A DNA stretch of 64,000 nt from Laetmonice hystrix (taxonomy: Eukaryota): contig OZ249440.1 in NCBI GenBank assembly GCA_965235115.1, forward strand, positions 17,174,001-17,238,000, read 5' to 3'. The notes beneath the pieces are model-generated. The model worked only from the letters and a program-made list of their open reading frames with translations, had not been told where the DNA came from and did no database searches. This document shows positions 12,401 through 24,934 of the stretch, piece after piece; position 1 is the first letter of the stretch; each line of letters opens with the position of its first letter. A program made the translations under genes and the position numbers.

Positions 12401-15149
12401 CCCGAATCCCATTCCCAATCCCTTTTGGAGAACAACGTTGAATACATTGCCTCATTTCCCGGGATGTCACGTGAGTCGTGAATGCATAGAGTATAGAATG
12501 ACCTTTGGTGAGAGTAGGCTGGTCATTGTCAGGGTATGAAGTTCAGAGTCTGAACCGGCACGTGGGGTCCCGTCAGTACGGGGGTGGGGAGGGCGGCAAC
12601 AGTGGGCCGACATGCTATAACCGAACCGGCGGGCATTCCGTCCCACGCCAGTTTCTCTCTGTTGTCGCACTCCTTCACGTTGTCTCTTTGATGTTGGCCA
12701 CTCCTCATTGTGTGCAAGTCGGCGCACAACAAAGGCCACCAGCTCCGGCTGAGCCGTACAATGATGTGTAACGACTGAATGTAGATTCTATACGGTGAGC
12801 GCCGACTTATTGTTCAAGGCAGAATGACCCAAATCCTTGCTATGTGGGATCCATTTTAATTTTCACTTCCAGCATGTTATATCATGTAATCACCTCTTAT
12901 GTAGTCATGGTGAAGGATTCTTGGAGCCAATATCATATCAGCATATCATATCAGCGACTGTGGCTGAGGGCCTGTTCCTGCTGTGTGTCTCATCGCCGTT
13001 TCAGTGCTCTTGACACGTCGCTGAAAGGGTATGGCGTTGTCCCGGTGTGCGGGATTCTTTCTTTGCCTTCATCGTCTTCATCAGATGTGTGCTGAAGATG
13101 GCCAACTAGTGCCGACAGGACGGCAAACCACCCGGAGTGGCGTGAGGATCATTCAGTCAGGGCCCCAGGAGTTGTTGGAACATGGGGAGGTCTTTGGGTC
13201 TATTTCACATGCAACTGGTGGTCTGGTGACGTGGTGTGCATTTTCTGGGAATCTTCTCAAGGGTTGCCCTCCTTTCCGTGTTATAGAGCTCTACAGTCAA
13301 CATTCATGGTCATGTTAATTTCCTTTTATATTACTGTGTTTTTTTTCGCACTACTTTATAAAAGTGAGTGTCATTTTTCGACAGTCTGAAACTCACATCC
13401 AAGCTCTGTCAACCATTAGTACAGCTCCCCGGAATATTATTATAAATTATTTACGTAGTAACTAGCATACCCAGGCAACAGACTCGGCTATCGTATAACA
13501 TCGTCAGCATGGAACCTTTCACATACGAAATACTATAGCTGTTGGACAGGACATCCGACATAGTCATGAATTTCTCTTGTCTCTCAGCAACACGTTTTGG
13601 CATGGCTTAAAGTTGCACGACTGTATATAAATCATGGTATCGTGGGATGTAGATGTTTGGACGGTTTTACGCCCTGTCCCTATGTTAAGGCCACCTTCAG
13701 GGCGTTCCTCCATTCTCTATGGTTTGAGTGAGCCAAAAACCCAGCGTCTGTTAGATAGAATGGTGCACCTTTCATTGGCTCTGTGCTGTGGGAGATAAAC
13801 AACCTGAAAATGGCACCAGTTTGATGTGGTGTGACGACGCCACCAAAGCCGCTGCCTCGTCCAGGTATTGCTAACAGTAGAGTCGGCGTTAGATCAGTTG
13901 ATCAGACAATATGCTTCCTTTAACTGGCACAAACCCGTAATTAGGCATCATTAGCGTCACATTAACCTATATATTCTATTTATAGAACTACAAAGGGATG
14001 CTTTTTGCTGTCACGAGTGTCGGAGGTTGTTGAATTTGAAGCATGGAAGTTTTTATCTGACTGCGCTCCATAAGAAGTCGGATCAACGTATTGGGGGAAA
14101 ATGATTTGGAAACAAGTCGGGATCGAGTCAGAAATGGTTGTGTAATGCCGGTCTTATGTCGCCCTTGGCGGTAGGTGGGGAAACGGGATGATTGGCTACC
14201 ACACGCACACACTGGCTGATCCTGTAGATGTTAAAGCCTTTAGAAGGTGGATGTTGGTTGTGTACACGAGGTAGATATAAAAAAGGGAATGCGGCCCTGG
14301 GGCTACGCGTTTCTCTCTCCCGATCTTATTGCTGAGGAATGGACAGACAACTCATGAAGTAATTATTGAGAAAACCACCTCGCTCGCTCGCCTGGGAAAC
14401 CACATGTTTTATTGGTGAATGATTTCATAAGTCTGCACTGTTAAAGTAATCTCGTATTGTAACATCATGGGACGCTTATAAAAACCGCAGGTAAAAGCCG
14501 TGTAAAATATCAGCTGTTGGTACTATATTGTACATGGCCCTGGTCCGGTTACAAGTGGTACTGTGCAGACCAGGTGGCCGGCTTTCTCCAGGGTTTGCCT
14601 GTGGGAGGAAGGGGTGTGCGGTTGTACAGCCATTATTCAGGCAACCAGCCGAAGGTTGATGCATTGAGATTTCTTGTGACACACAATCCTTTTTCTTTGA
14701 CTTCATTATTGGCTCGTTGTTTTAATGGAGTAAGTGGTCGGGCTGCCCTGGATCTTAGGGCCGCATGACGGCAGGGTCACATGTTGACCGAGTTGTGTTG
14801 TTGTAATAACATGTGGTTATCAAAATCACCTCCGGCGGGACCAGGGGCAAACCTTGTGGCGGGGACGAGGTCCCACACGTCAGGCTGGAGTTACTCGGCC
14901 ACGGACAGGGTCAGAGTTTGGCCTTGTTAAACGTGACCTTGTGACATCACGTGGGGGTTTGAAGGTCTTGAGGGCCAATCAGCTGGTCCCGCTGTGACCT
15001 AGACTGACCCTCGGTGACCTCGGTGATGGCGGAGAAACAAGAAGACAGAAAAAACCCGAAGGGATGGTTGGTTGAGAAGTACGTTGAGAAGGACTCGGGG
15101 TGAAATGAGGGTCTGGGGAGATGGTGGGGTTGGGGTGTATACCGCACCA

Positions 15150-17950
15150 CTTCACTATGAGGGCCTGATCAGTGCACAGGTCGCTCCATCTCCTGATTGG
15201 AAATGAACTCCCAACAACTAAACAAGGCACGCAGCTGGTGAAGACATATATATCCATTATACGTCAGTGCTACAACGTACCGAGAAATATATGATAGAGG
15301 CTTGATCATGATGGATCCAGCAGTGGAAGCTTCAGTGCTAGGTTGCAGGAAATTAGACTCAGGCATGCGAGAAACAGATTCACCATAGAAATCCTTGGCT
15401 CACGTGAACGTACGTTTCCCGGCGTCTGCTGGTGCGAATTCTGTTTTCCCAGTAGCAGCTGGTAATCAATACATGTTGTGAGTTATGTAAGTTTTAATTG
15501 TTGTAGCACCTTTTGTCGGCCTGTCCAGCTACATTCCATACATTCTCTGGTAGTCGGCTGAGCGCTGGGCGGAGAACGGTCGTGTGTAGATAGGCACCCA
15601 TTAACCTGATTAAATCTACCTTTAGACTGAAGGGGTTGTGGGCACCCAGTACCCAGAGCCTGACATTGGAATGATGGATAGGCCCTGGGTGAGGGCTGTT
15701 ATATTGGATGGAGGCCGGGAGGGGGAGGGAAGCAGGAGTGAGGGGGGGGGGGGGGGGCTTGCTGGTAAGAGGAAGGCTGGTGGTAGGATTGATACCTTTC
15801 TCGTCTTTTTAAACGCCTTATTTGTTTGTGGCCTTGAACCGGGGGTAGGCCACGAGGTTCGAATTTTTCTTTCCTAACGGATTTTCTGTGTCGCAGTTGC
15901 TATGGTAACAAGACCCTTGAGACCGCGTGTTGTCATGACAACTGGGTGCTTTATTGTTTGGTATGTTAGGGGGGTGATGTCTGATTGAAGGTGGTGCCTT
16001 CCCCACATCCACACCTACACCCAGACGCTTGAGGATGGTGACATGGGGACGCTGAGGAGGGTAACACGGAAGGCGACCTTTGATAGCCTGGGGGCGGGGG
16101 CTGATCGGATCCCTTGGTCCAGGCCTGGGGGCGGGGGCTGATCGGATCCCTTGGTCCAGGCCTGGGAGCGGGGGATGAACGGATCCCTTGGTCCAGGCCT
16201 GGGAGCGGGGGCTGATCGGATCCCTTGGTCCAGGCCTGGGAGCGGGGAATGAACGGATCCCTTGGTCCAGGCCTGGGAGCGGGGGCTGAACGGATCCCTT
16301 GGTCCAGGCCTGGGAGCGGGGGCTGATCGGATCCCTTGGTCCAGGCCTGGGAGCGGGGGATGATCGGATCCCTTAGTCCAGGCCTGGGGGCGGGGACTGA
16401 TCGGATCCATTGGTCCAGGCCTGGGGACGGGGACTAGCTGATCGGATCCCTTGGTCCAGGCCTGGGGACGGGGACTGATCGGATCCATTGGTCCAGGCCT
16501 GGGGACGGGGACTAGCTGATCGGGTCCCTTGGTCCGGGCCTGGGAGCGGGGACTGATCGGATCCCTTGGTCCAGGCCTGGGGACGGGGACTGATCGGATC
16601 CAGGAAGCTCGATGTAGCCTTACAAAAACCGGCCTGGACCACTGTGTCCGATATGTTATCTGAAATGCCAGAGAAGGCGGTCCCTGCAGTGGTCGTATAA
16701 ACCCCACTTGATCGGCCAGCCACGAAGGATCGCCTTGATAAGGTAGGCGTGTCGGGGGGGGGGGGGGGTGTACCTGAATGTCCAAGGGTTGCTGGGAGCG
16801 CCAAACATCCCTGGCCTGCATACATAGAGACTCCCCCAGTCTGAACACAACGGGTCGACCCTGAAATCGGGAACGATATTGGATCTCTTTCCACCTATCG
16901 CTGCAGTTCAATCTTAGCAGCAGGGAGAAATATGTTGGCTGAAGTTACGTGTTAAAAGAAATTGGTGGCGGGAAGGGGGGAGGGGGGGTTGAGGGTCATG
17001 TCTTTGGAGACATTTAAAGTGATAGGGGAAAGACTACACGGAACCTTTTCAAGGAAAGGTCACTGTGGGCCATCTATTGTGTTCAGCGAGAGAGTGGTTT
17101 GGGCGTTGCGTCTGTTCCCCCAGGTCTCCCAGCTCGGATTGTTGTTAGGAGCAGTGGTTGTAGAGGTGTTTGTGTGTTATTGACCTCTGTTTCCTTCAGA
17201 CAGGTTGTTTGTGACCGGTAGAAGAGGAGAGAGGCTGTGTTGTTCTGGGAGCCATTTCTGTTGTTGTCTCGGGTTGTTTTCACATGTTTGCCGGGATAGG
17301 TCCAGAACATACTTCCTCTCCCTGCGTCATGTTGACTCAAAACTTATCCTCTCGAACGCGGCCGTTTTTGACTAACCTGTACATACAGCCACAGGGTGTT
17401 GTAACTTGTAGAACTTGTCGGGTCATGAAAATCCTTGAAAGTCGTGGAATCTCAACAATATCCGCGGGCCTGGGAATCCAGGAAAGTGAGAAAATGAACT
17501 CGTTGAAATCGATGCCACTGACTTGATTATGTACGCTCATTGTTATCCAGCGAAGCCCTAATAAATAGGGTTTGGAGGCATTGAACTTTACCTGTGAGGA
17601 CTTCGAACTCTGTACTATACACTGAATTATTGTTGTGTTGTTACGTCGAGAACAATTCGTTTCCCTGATCATGCATCAATTGGTGCATGGTTCAGAATGC
17701 GGGTCGGTTTTAAATGATAAGAGGATATACAGGGAGGAGAGTCGGAGGGATCTGCACTACATACGTCCACATTGAGAATGGACAGTGTGATTTCATGGTT
17801 TGCAATATCAATTAAACTTGAAGTTGAACGATCCCGAGTGCCGAATAAACGGATGTTTTCACATGAATCTACCTGATCTGATTCCATGGAGAACTTTAGA
17901 TTGTAATGAAAGGGCGGAATAATCTCCACGTCACCACCCTAAGTTAAAGC
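15150..17950 (-). mobile_element. Heavily decayed CR1/L2-like LINE (ORF1, endonuclease, linker), interrupted by a minisatellite
   Basis: CENIRLFG (ORF1 RENIRIFG-like), TGGVSMY (GGGV.IY), GVYTT (YRPP region), APPSIRHHP (SDH region) and AKDFY appear in the expected order. Many stops. Confidence 0.45.
16085..16600. repeat. 37-bp (some 41-bp) GC-rich minisatellite, about 14 copies
   Basis: Unit ctgatcggatcccttggtccaggcctgggagcggggg; source of the 298-aa Pro/Arg-rich ORF. Confidence 0.95.
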
Positions 17951-18880
17951 GGCGGAGATTAGCACCAAGTACTTGGGGAGAGTGCTGTTTATCTGGTATT
18001 GAGAGGAGAAATCGATCCAGAGAGAGAGATAGATACTTCTTTATCTAGTAAGTATAGAGGAGGGAGAGTGGCTCAAAGACCCCACGGGCAGACAGAGAGA
18101 GCTTACGTTCAGGTAGGAGCACAAAGTTTAGTTTAGTTCACATCCCCTAGGGGCAGTAGAACCCGAGCACCAGGGTGAACCCAAGCCCAGTCAATCTGAT
18201 GACTCTGAAGTTGAAAAATGACACGACGCGGACGCTTCAGTCGAGTAGAAGGCAAAGGGGACACTCCAAGTCCAACCAGATCTGGCGTCGCACTGCCAAC
18301 TAGACGCTCAATGACTGACACTTTCTGGGCTTCACACCCTTGGAACTGCGACATGCAGGAAATAAATTTCAATTTTATGTGAGACCTGTCTATTCTTAGA
18401 CATCAGAACCTGTGCTTCAAACGAATCAAAGGGACTATTTTCATCGAAATATGACAAATGTTATTTTGGAGCAAATCTATGTGGACATATGCCATTAGCC
18501 TTGAAGGGTTGGAGAGGGGCAGCCGGTGGGGAAGGAGGTTTAGCCGACCGTAAAACCGAAATCTTGGAGTGGGTTCAAGCTGAAAGCTCCCATATGTTGT
18601 GTATTAGTCCACAGTAGCTTACCATGGTGATTGGAGCTTGGCCCAGACCGCCCCAGACAGGCTCAGCCGGCTGAGAAATGTTGAGATTTGTGGGCTGGGG
18701 GCCAGGAGAGTCGGGTTGAATTATTTGGGGCAAGGAAGGAGGTAGAGGAAACGAGCCTCTCTGTCCTTTTCTTCTCTTCTTCCTCCTTGTCCTCGTTCAG
18801 GGTTAGTCAACGTGAAATGTACATGTTCATAATAACTACGAAGAGCTTTCTACGTTTAGCTTTCATGATATTTTCATGAT

Positions 18881-18923
18881 CCTATTATTTTCTTTCTGAC
18901 GGTTTTAATTTTCCAGGTGAGTG
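18881..18923 (+). other. Candidate recursive splice (ratchet) site 2, junction 18916/18917
   Basis: cctattattttctttctgacggttttaattttccag|gtgagtg: same architecture as site 1. Confidence 0.6.
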
Positions 18924-19829
18924 AACGTTTGCCTACCCTAGCCACATCAGAAGAAGGCTTCAAGATAAGTGGGGTCACTGTTTTTTGATGGTAGGGGAGT
19001 AATGTCAGTACTGGATTCCGTTATGGTGGAGAGAGGGTCAATACTGGGTTGAACTTCACCCGTCCTGCCTGCCAACAGCCCATTGGATTTGTCAAAAGCC
19101 CCTTGGCCAATCCTTATGAGGAGACCTGGTTGGTCTGATAGCCTACAGACTTCCAACAGAACCAGCCTGCACGCCACCTCCTGTGATGGTTATTGCAGGC
19201 CAATATCTAGCTTGTCTGATACTAGTAGGATACTATCGAGTCCAAAAAGGCAAGATTGTGATTGCTAACGACTATGATAATTGAGAGATTTAAATTGCAA
19301 GTATTCCCCACAGAGCTGGGGGATTGTGCCATCGTCCAGTGTGTATGGATGTAGGTTTTGGGGAGAGATCACCAGATTCGGTTGTCTCTATGATCCTGTA
19401 TGTATGTGAGAAGAAAATCCGACAGTCTGGTGCCGGTCAGTGGTGGTACTGTAGGTCCCCAGTCTATGGGTGGACGGTATCGGCTGGTGGTCGAGTCCGG
19501 TGAGAGGCAACCAGAAAACAATATCTGGCTGGTTCAGTCGGAGTATAGGATTGGTGATACGGCGTGAGGCAGTGGAATGTGTGTGTGGATGGAAGATAAT
19601 TGTAACCAGCCAGGTCGGCGCGGGTTATTAATATTAGGAGATGTTGTCTGTGCACCCGGCCAGCCAGCCCTTCCGGCTGGGCCTGATGACTATCACCGGG
19701 AGGGTGGCGGTGGGACAGGTGGACGGCCCACTCGCCTAGCTGTCCAGGCCCGTGATGGATCGGAGAGACCGGGGGGGGGGGGGGGAGCGCAGAACACTGA
19801 TAAAGTTTGGGTACCAGGAAACCTTCAAA

Positions 19830-20190
19830 CAAATGGAAGGGGGCAGAGGTGTCGGGGGACTTTCAAACCTGATTGGAAAGAGCAGGGGAACCTACACAAC
19901 TGATTGGAGAGGACAGTGGACCTAAAATCTAATTGGAAACCGTTGCAGTACCAGACCAGAGGACCTCCAGATTCGATTGGAAGGGGCCGGGGTACCAGAT
20001 TGGAAGGGGCCTTCAAAACTGATTGGAAGTAGGTGGCAGACAAGGGGACTGGTGGCAAGGGGATGGGGGACCAGTTGACCATCAAAACTGCCTGGAAGGG
20101 GTTGGGATACTAGGGGACCTTCATAATTGATTGGAAGGGGGCAGGTATATCCAAGGCACCCAGGGGTATGGGTACCAGGGTTAACCGTCA
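19830..20190. repeat. Degenerate repeat built on a (ct)gattggaaggg core, inside the LINE
   Basis: At least seven ATTGG cores at 22-44 bp spacing, with one larger gap. Confidence 0.75.
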
Positions 20191-23100
20191 AAACTGGTGC
20201 GAGGCCGAAGACAGTTTATGATTTGCTGCAGCTGTAAGGCCTGCATTTTGTTTCATAAAAAAGAAAAGTCCATGACTGTGAAGGTTTCTAGCCGCACCTG
20301 ATTGGTATGATTGTGGTGAATCATGTGCTGTATGCGTTGCCATGGCAGTCCCCTCATCTCCAGACTGTATTCCTGGCAGGGATGATTTATGAGGGCGGGG
20401 TTAGGAAGTAGGTTGATGCGTAGTGTTCCTACAGTTAGGGTGGTCTCCCAGGGCACGGTTTTTTGTTCGGAAGATCTGATTGGGTGTTCAAGTGAAACTA
20501 TCCAATCGCAAGCCATGAGACAATGTTTTGAGTATAACATTGGGTGATGCGGTCATGAATGCCGTCCAGACTCCTATACGGAAGAGTTAAAGACCACCAT
20601 CAAGAATCAAGATGTAAGCATCTGCAGACTTTGGTTGATTGAGGATGCCTGGATCCCTTCCTGCAAGGATACATCGGGTGACAGTCTGCCTCTGGTCTGT
20701 GGAAATTCCCACTGTTTTCAGTGGAAATTTTACCCAAGGGGAGATTATCGTACACCAAGTTCGACGGCAGCTGGCCTTTGTTATGCCAACCGATGTGTGG
20801 CAGACAGTCTGTCTGACAGGTAGACGTGGCACGGATCATGAGAAACGGCCATAAATAATTCACCCCTCTCAACACCCATCCCCCACCACCCCCACCCCCA
20901 TCGGTCGGCAGGTACTATTGTCCCGCACGCACGTGCAGCTGATCCACATAGCCTGGCCCCGATTGAAAGAAGACATAATGAAACGTTCAGTGAACCCTTG
21001 AAATTGCCGTGATTCACTGGAAATCGTTTAGTGACCATGTTTGCGCCGAATCCCAGACCTTGGTTATTCTCTAGTCTAGTCTAGGTCGTGTTAATATCGG
21101 GATGTGGTGGAGATGTGGTGAGATGCCAGGAACTGGGGGTGAGACTGCTCTTCAAGTATAGAGGGCTTTGGCTGAGAGGCCCTTGGAAAAATGCCTTTGC
21201 AGCAACAATGTTGGAACAACGAGTTCTATACTCGTTGGTTGGAACAAGTGCATGCAGGAAGGAAGGACTTGAGTAAAAACCCTAAGTCGACAGTGAAGGC
21301 CACCAACAGATTACAGGGTATCAGTAATATCTTATGGCTTTGCGAATCACAACCTCTGTCCTACACGGTAAAGTTGGTCCCTGTCTGGTCGGGCCTCAGC
21401 ACCATAAAGACCGTCCTTGACGACACTCTGACCTAGTTAGTCTGTTCCGGACCACAATACAAGGACAAGATGTCCGCATAGGTACTCCAAATAAAATGGA
21501 ATGGAAAAGAAATTAAAGAAATGGAACAAAAAGACTTAACGTAACGGGTTTTTTTCGGGTAGGGGATGGGAGCACTTCAAGCATTGACCAGCCACGGCGG
21601 AACCGCTTTAATATCCGTCTGGGGGCCCTCTGTCAGGGGTGAAGAGTATCTTGTAAGGCATTGAATGGAAAGACTGTTCACAGGACAGAAGGGTCAAAGT
21701 GGAAGAGAACTTCGTCTTGTTAGTTTGGGTTGGAAAGAAACATTTAGAAAGGACTTGGTCTTTTTCAAGATGTTAAAACGGAGGGAAAGTGGTACACGAG
21801 ATGCCTGCAAGCGTTGAGGTTTGTCCAGGAACTGTCTTGGTGTGTGGTGGGGTGAGATGGACAGTTCCCTATATGTCCCTCCTCACTGTCTGATTGAGGG
21901 TCATTGTGTTGTCGGTGTACCTCATCAGACGGGCAGAATGAGACCAGGGAGCCGCCCCATCTCACCCCCAGCCACCCATTCTCTGGACACCATTGTCGGG
22001 TGAACCTTTATTATAGTAGGATTTCTTACATTGGCAGTCTGCACTGTACCGTTATTACTTGCTCAAAGTAGGCAGTGTAGACTCATCGGGGCACGTTTAG
22101 ACAGACGAACGATCCAGGAGTTGCAGGGGGGGGGGGGGGGGGTGTGGCCTGCGTTCACGCTCAGAAAAAATGTGGCTTTTGTTTCGCGGCAAATTCACCA
22201 TTCTACTTCCATGATTATTTCAGACTCTGTTAGATAAGAGTCTAGACTGTTATAAGCGATGTCAGAGCCATGTCAGTCTGGTAGTGTACCGAGGGACTTT
22301 AGGTAAATCCGGTCACAGGACTGGATTGCCTCAAGCAGCTCTGTCATGAATTATTTAGGTTTATCCAACCCGAGTTGACATTTCTTTCAGCAGCATATAC
22401 ATTTGTACAAGTTTAAAAAATATTTTTTTGGTGGGTCATTTACACATGGCTCGTTTCATTCAGTTCAGGGCTAGGCGGAATGACCTGAGATGTTTGATGT
22501 GATTAGACGGAGCAGGAGGGACCTCCCCCATCCCCCTCTTCCCGCAGAAGTCACCAGGAAGGGTGTAAGTTAACACAGCTTCAAACGGACCACAAAGTCA
22601 GTTCACTGCATAAAAGCTCAGACATTGTGTCTCACATAATGTAGTATGAAACTGGGAGGGTGTAGTCCATCTATTATTAACGTATACATGTTTGTCTGTC
22701 TGTCTACGGAAGGCTTTCGTTGCCATGGCTGCTCCACTGCCGATGACTGAATACATGTTTTTTGCCACATTTTGGGGAGGCGGTTTCTGTACGGTCGGCG
22801 TTATAACAAGTGTGTGTGCCTCAGGTGGTCAAGGTAGTGGTGAAGGAAATAGGTGACTGTCAGCATGCATGCGTGAAGTGTATGTCCTGGTGGACTTAAC
22901 GGGATCACCTAGGCCAGGACATGGCGAGGCTAGGATTCCACGTCTAATGGTGCCCAAGAGGCGAGCACACTGATTGTGAAATGTACCCTCTGGGTTTCTG
23001 CTGACATTTCTGTGCAAACAACTTATTTCCTGTAGCGCAAACAGTGTATCTGCGTACATCGTGATTAGATGTTGAGATTTCTGCCCAGTTTGTGACTGGA

Positions 23101-23927
23101 AGTGATACCATAGCTCTTATACTGATGGTTGCTGAAACAGACTGGACGGACAAACATTTCTTTTCGTTTTGGTAACCAGGATGGGGTCAAGGCGTCTAGA
23201 ACTTTTCCCACTGGTACCCCCCCCCCCCCCCCCCCATCCCTTATTTAAACTAATGCTGCTGCTAACGCTACTGCATCCACAATCATTGACCTAATTTTGT
23301 CCATGATAAGCCGGCAGACAGTGAGTTATATTGCACCTTGACCTAGAATAGAAATGGGTCAAGGACAGAGGCTGTGCGTGCTTTCTAGAGGCTGCTGGGA
23401 GGGGAAGGAATCTGGTCAGACAGGGACCGGTAGGAAACAAGGGCAGATAGATTTCCTTTATGAGAACACTAGCTCACTTGGTCTCAACGTCAGTGCTTGC
23501 TCTCAGTATCAGTGACAGTCCTGAGGTAAGTTCAGTTTTGGGCAAATTAAATAAATGATTAACAGTTGGTCCAAGGTTGCATGATGAGCCGGTTTGACAG
23601 ATGCGTGATGGTGTTGTTAATGACAGTGGTATTATTAACCAATTGTCTGTTGCCGTGTTGTACCTACATGAGATTGGACCCGAGTGACAGGGTTCACCTG
23701 GGGATACTAAGTACCTCACCTACCTACCTGTACCAGCCTGCACACTTCCATAATAAGCGTTTGGTCAGGTGGTCAAGGCACTCACACTGACTGATTGACT
23801 GGCTCTGTTACTGGTCAGTGTGGGGTCACGACCCCCTGACCCCGATCTGACCCCAGCTGGCCAGTGAACAGCCGGCAAGAATCACCTGAACAACTTGTTT
23901 GGTACCTCCTCTAATCCGCCTGTAGTA

Positions 23928-24074
23928 GTCCTAAGATGGGCCCTAACACACCAGGCCCGACATGTGGCGGACATTCTAGTTTTACAACAGGGAACAAAAG
24001 TCCTAAGATGGGCCCTAACACACCAGGCCCGACATGTGGCGGGCATATTTCTAGTTTTACAACAGGGAACAAAA
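23928..24074. repeat. 72-bp tandem duplication, 2 copies
   Basis: gtcctaagatgggccctaacacaccaggcccgacatgtggcgg...gggaacaaaa at 23928 and 24000. Confidence 0.9.
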
Positions 24075-24133
24075 TATTGGAGGAGGTGGGACAAGCAATT
24101 TTGGATCTAGCCTAGCTATGACATTTTAAATTT

Positions 24134-24276
24134 AAAGTTCAGGTAAGCCTATAAGACAAATTGCCGGTTGATGTAGTGAGACAGTAGAAAGTTTGTGTAG
24201 AGCAAAAGTTCAGGTATGCCTATAAGACAAATTGCCGGTTGATGTAGTGAGACAGTAGAATGTTTGAATAGAGCAA
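24134..24276. repeat. 71-bp tandem duplication, 2 copies
   Basis: aagttcaggta(a/t)gcctataagacaaattgccggttgatgtagtgagacagtagaa occurs twice. Confidence 0.9.
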
Positions 24277-24891
24277 GTTCCCGACTCTACAAAATCTACA
24301 TTTTGGTTGCCCTTGGCCAGGTGCACACAGAAGCCAGAATAGCCTCCCGTAGTGTGACTCGGGGCAGTGCAGGGCAGAAGCCAGTATTGATGTGGATATT
24401 CTACTAGTCATGGTGTATAGTGTTTCCTTGCCATTGCCAACCAGGTCGCAGGTTTAGCAGGAGGTCTCTTCAGTCTCCTCCGTCTAGAGCAGCCTGTAAA
24501 TCAGGCAGCCTGCCATACCCCGTCCCACTCGCTGGGGGTGGTTCTTATATGATCCAAGGGACAAGGTCAAAATCCCGATTTGAGTTGGTGGGGGTAGGTG
24601 ATGTATTGCGTTGTTGGGATCCGCCCAGCCCTGAACCAAAGCCCCCACCCTCAACCTCACCCCACCGGGAGTGTGTTGTGTTGTGTCCCTCATATAGGAG
24701 GAGTGTGTTTGGCCGGGCCGGCTGGCTGGCTGGCTGGGTAGATATTGTTTGGGGGCCGTTTGTGTTGGCCGAGTGCCACCACTGGTGGCGGTGGGTGGAG
24801 CTGCCCACCGACACACACATATTCACCAGACGGTTGGGACCACGGGTTGTTCTCAACCCCCCACCCAGTTACCGAGCCCTCACAACACGGA

Positions 24892-24934
<43 letters not shown>

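Larger units (their letters stand above)
18150..22000 (-). mobile_element. Decayed I-clade (Nimb-like) LINE: endonuclease, RT and probable RNase H
   Basis: In order on the minus strand: DSSWTNL...YHFPSVL (SDHFPI), SGNF, AGRDP (PGKDP), NQVRLETF (HLVRLETF), VSDKLDIG (RSKLDYG), GLLIRIGQGAF (GLRIALGAF), KNSDPTY, PLIRLKHRF, RLKRPRRVIF...IDWAW. Confidence 0.75.

Noticed and set aside
13031-13318. QTTRSG motif typical of LTR-retrotransposon pol tails
   Set aside because: One short motif, with no integrase or LTR support.
15896-15909. Perfect RFX X-box GTTGCTATGGTAAC; a near match lies at about 47972
   Set aside because: Inside a LINE relic and far from any supported promoter; plausible by chance.
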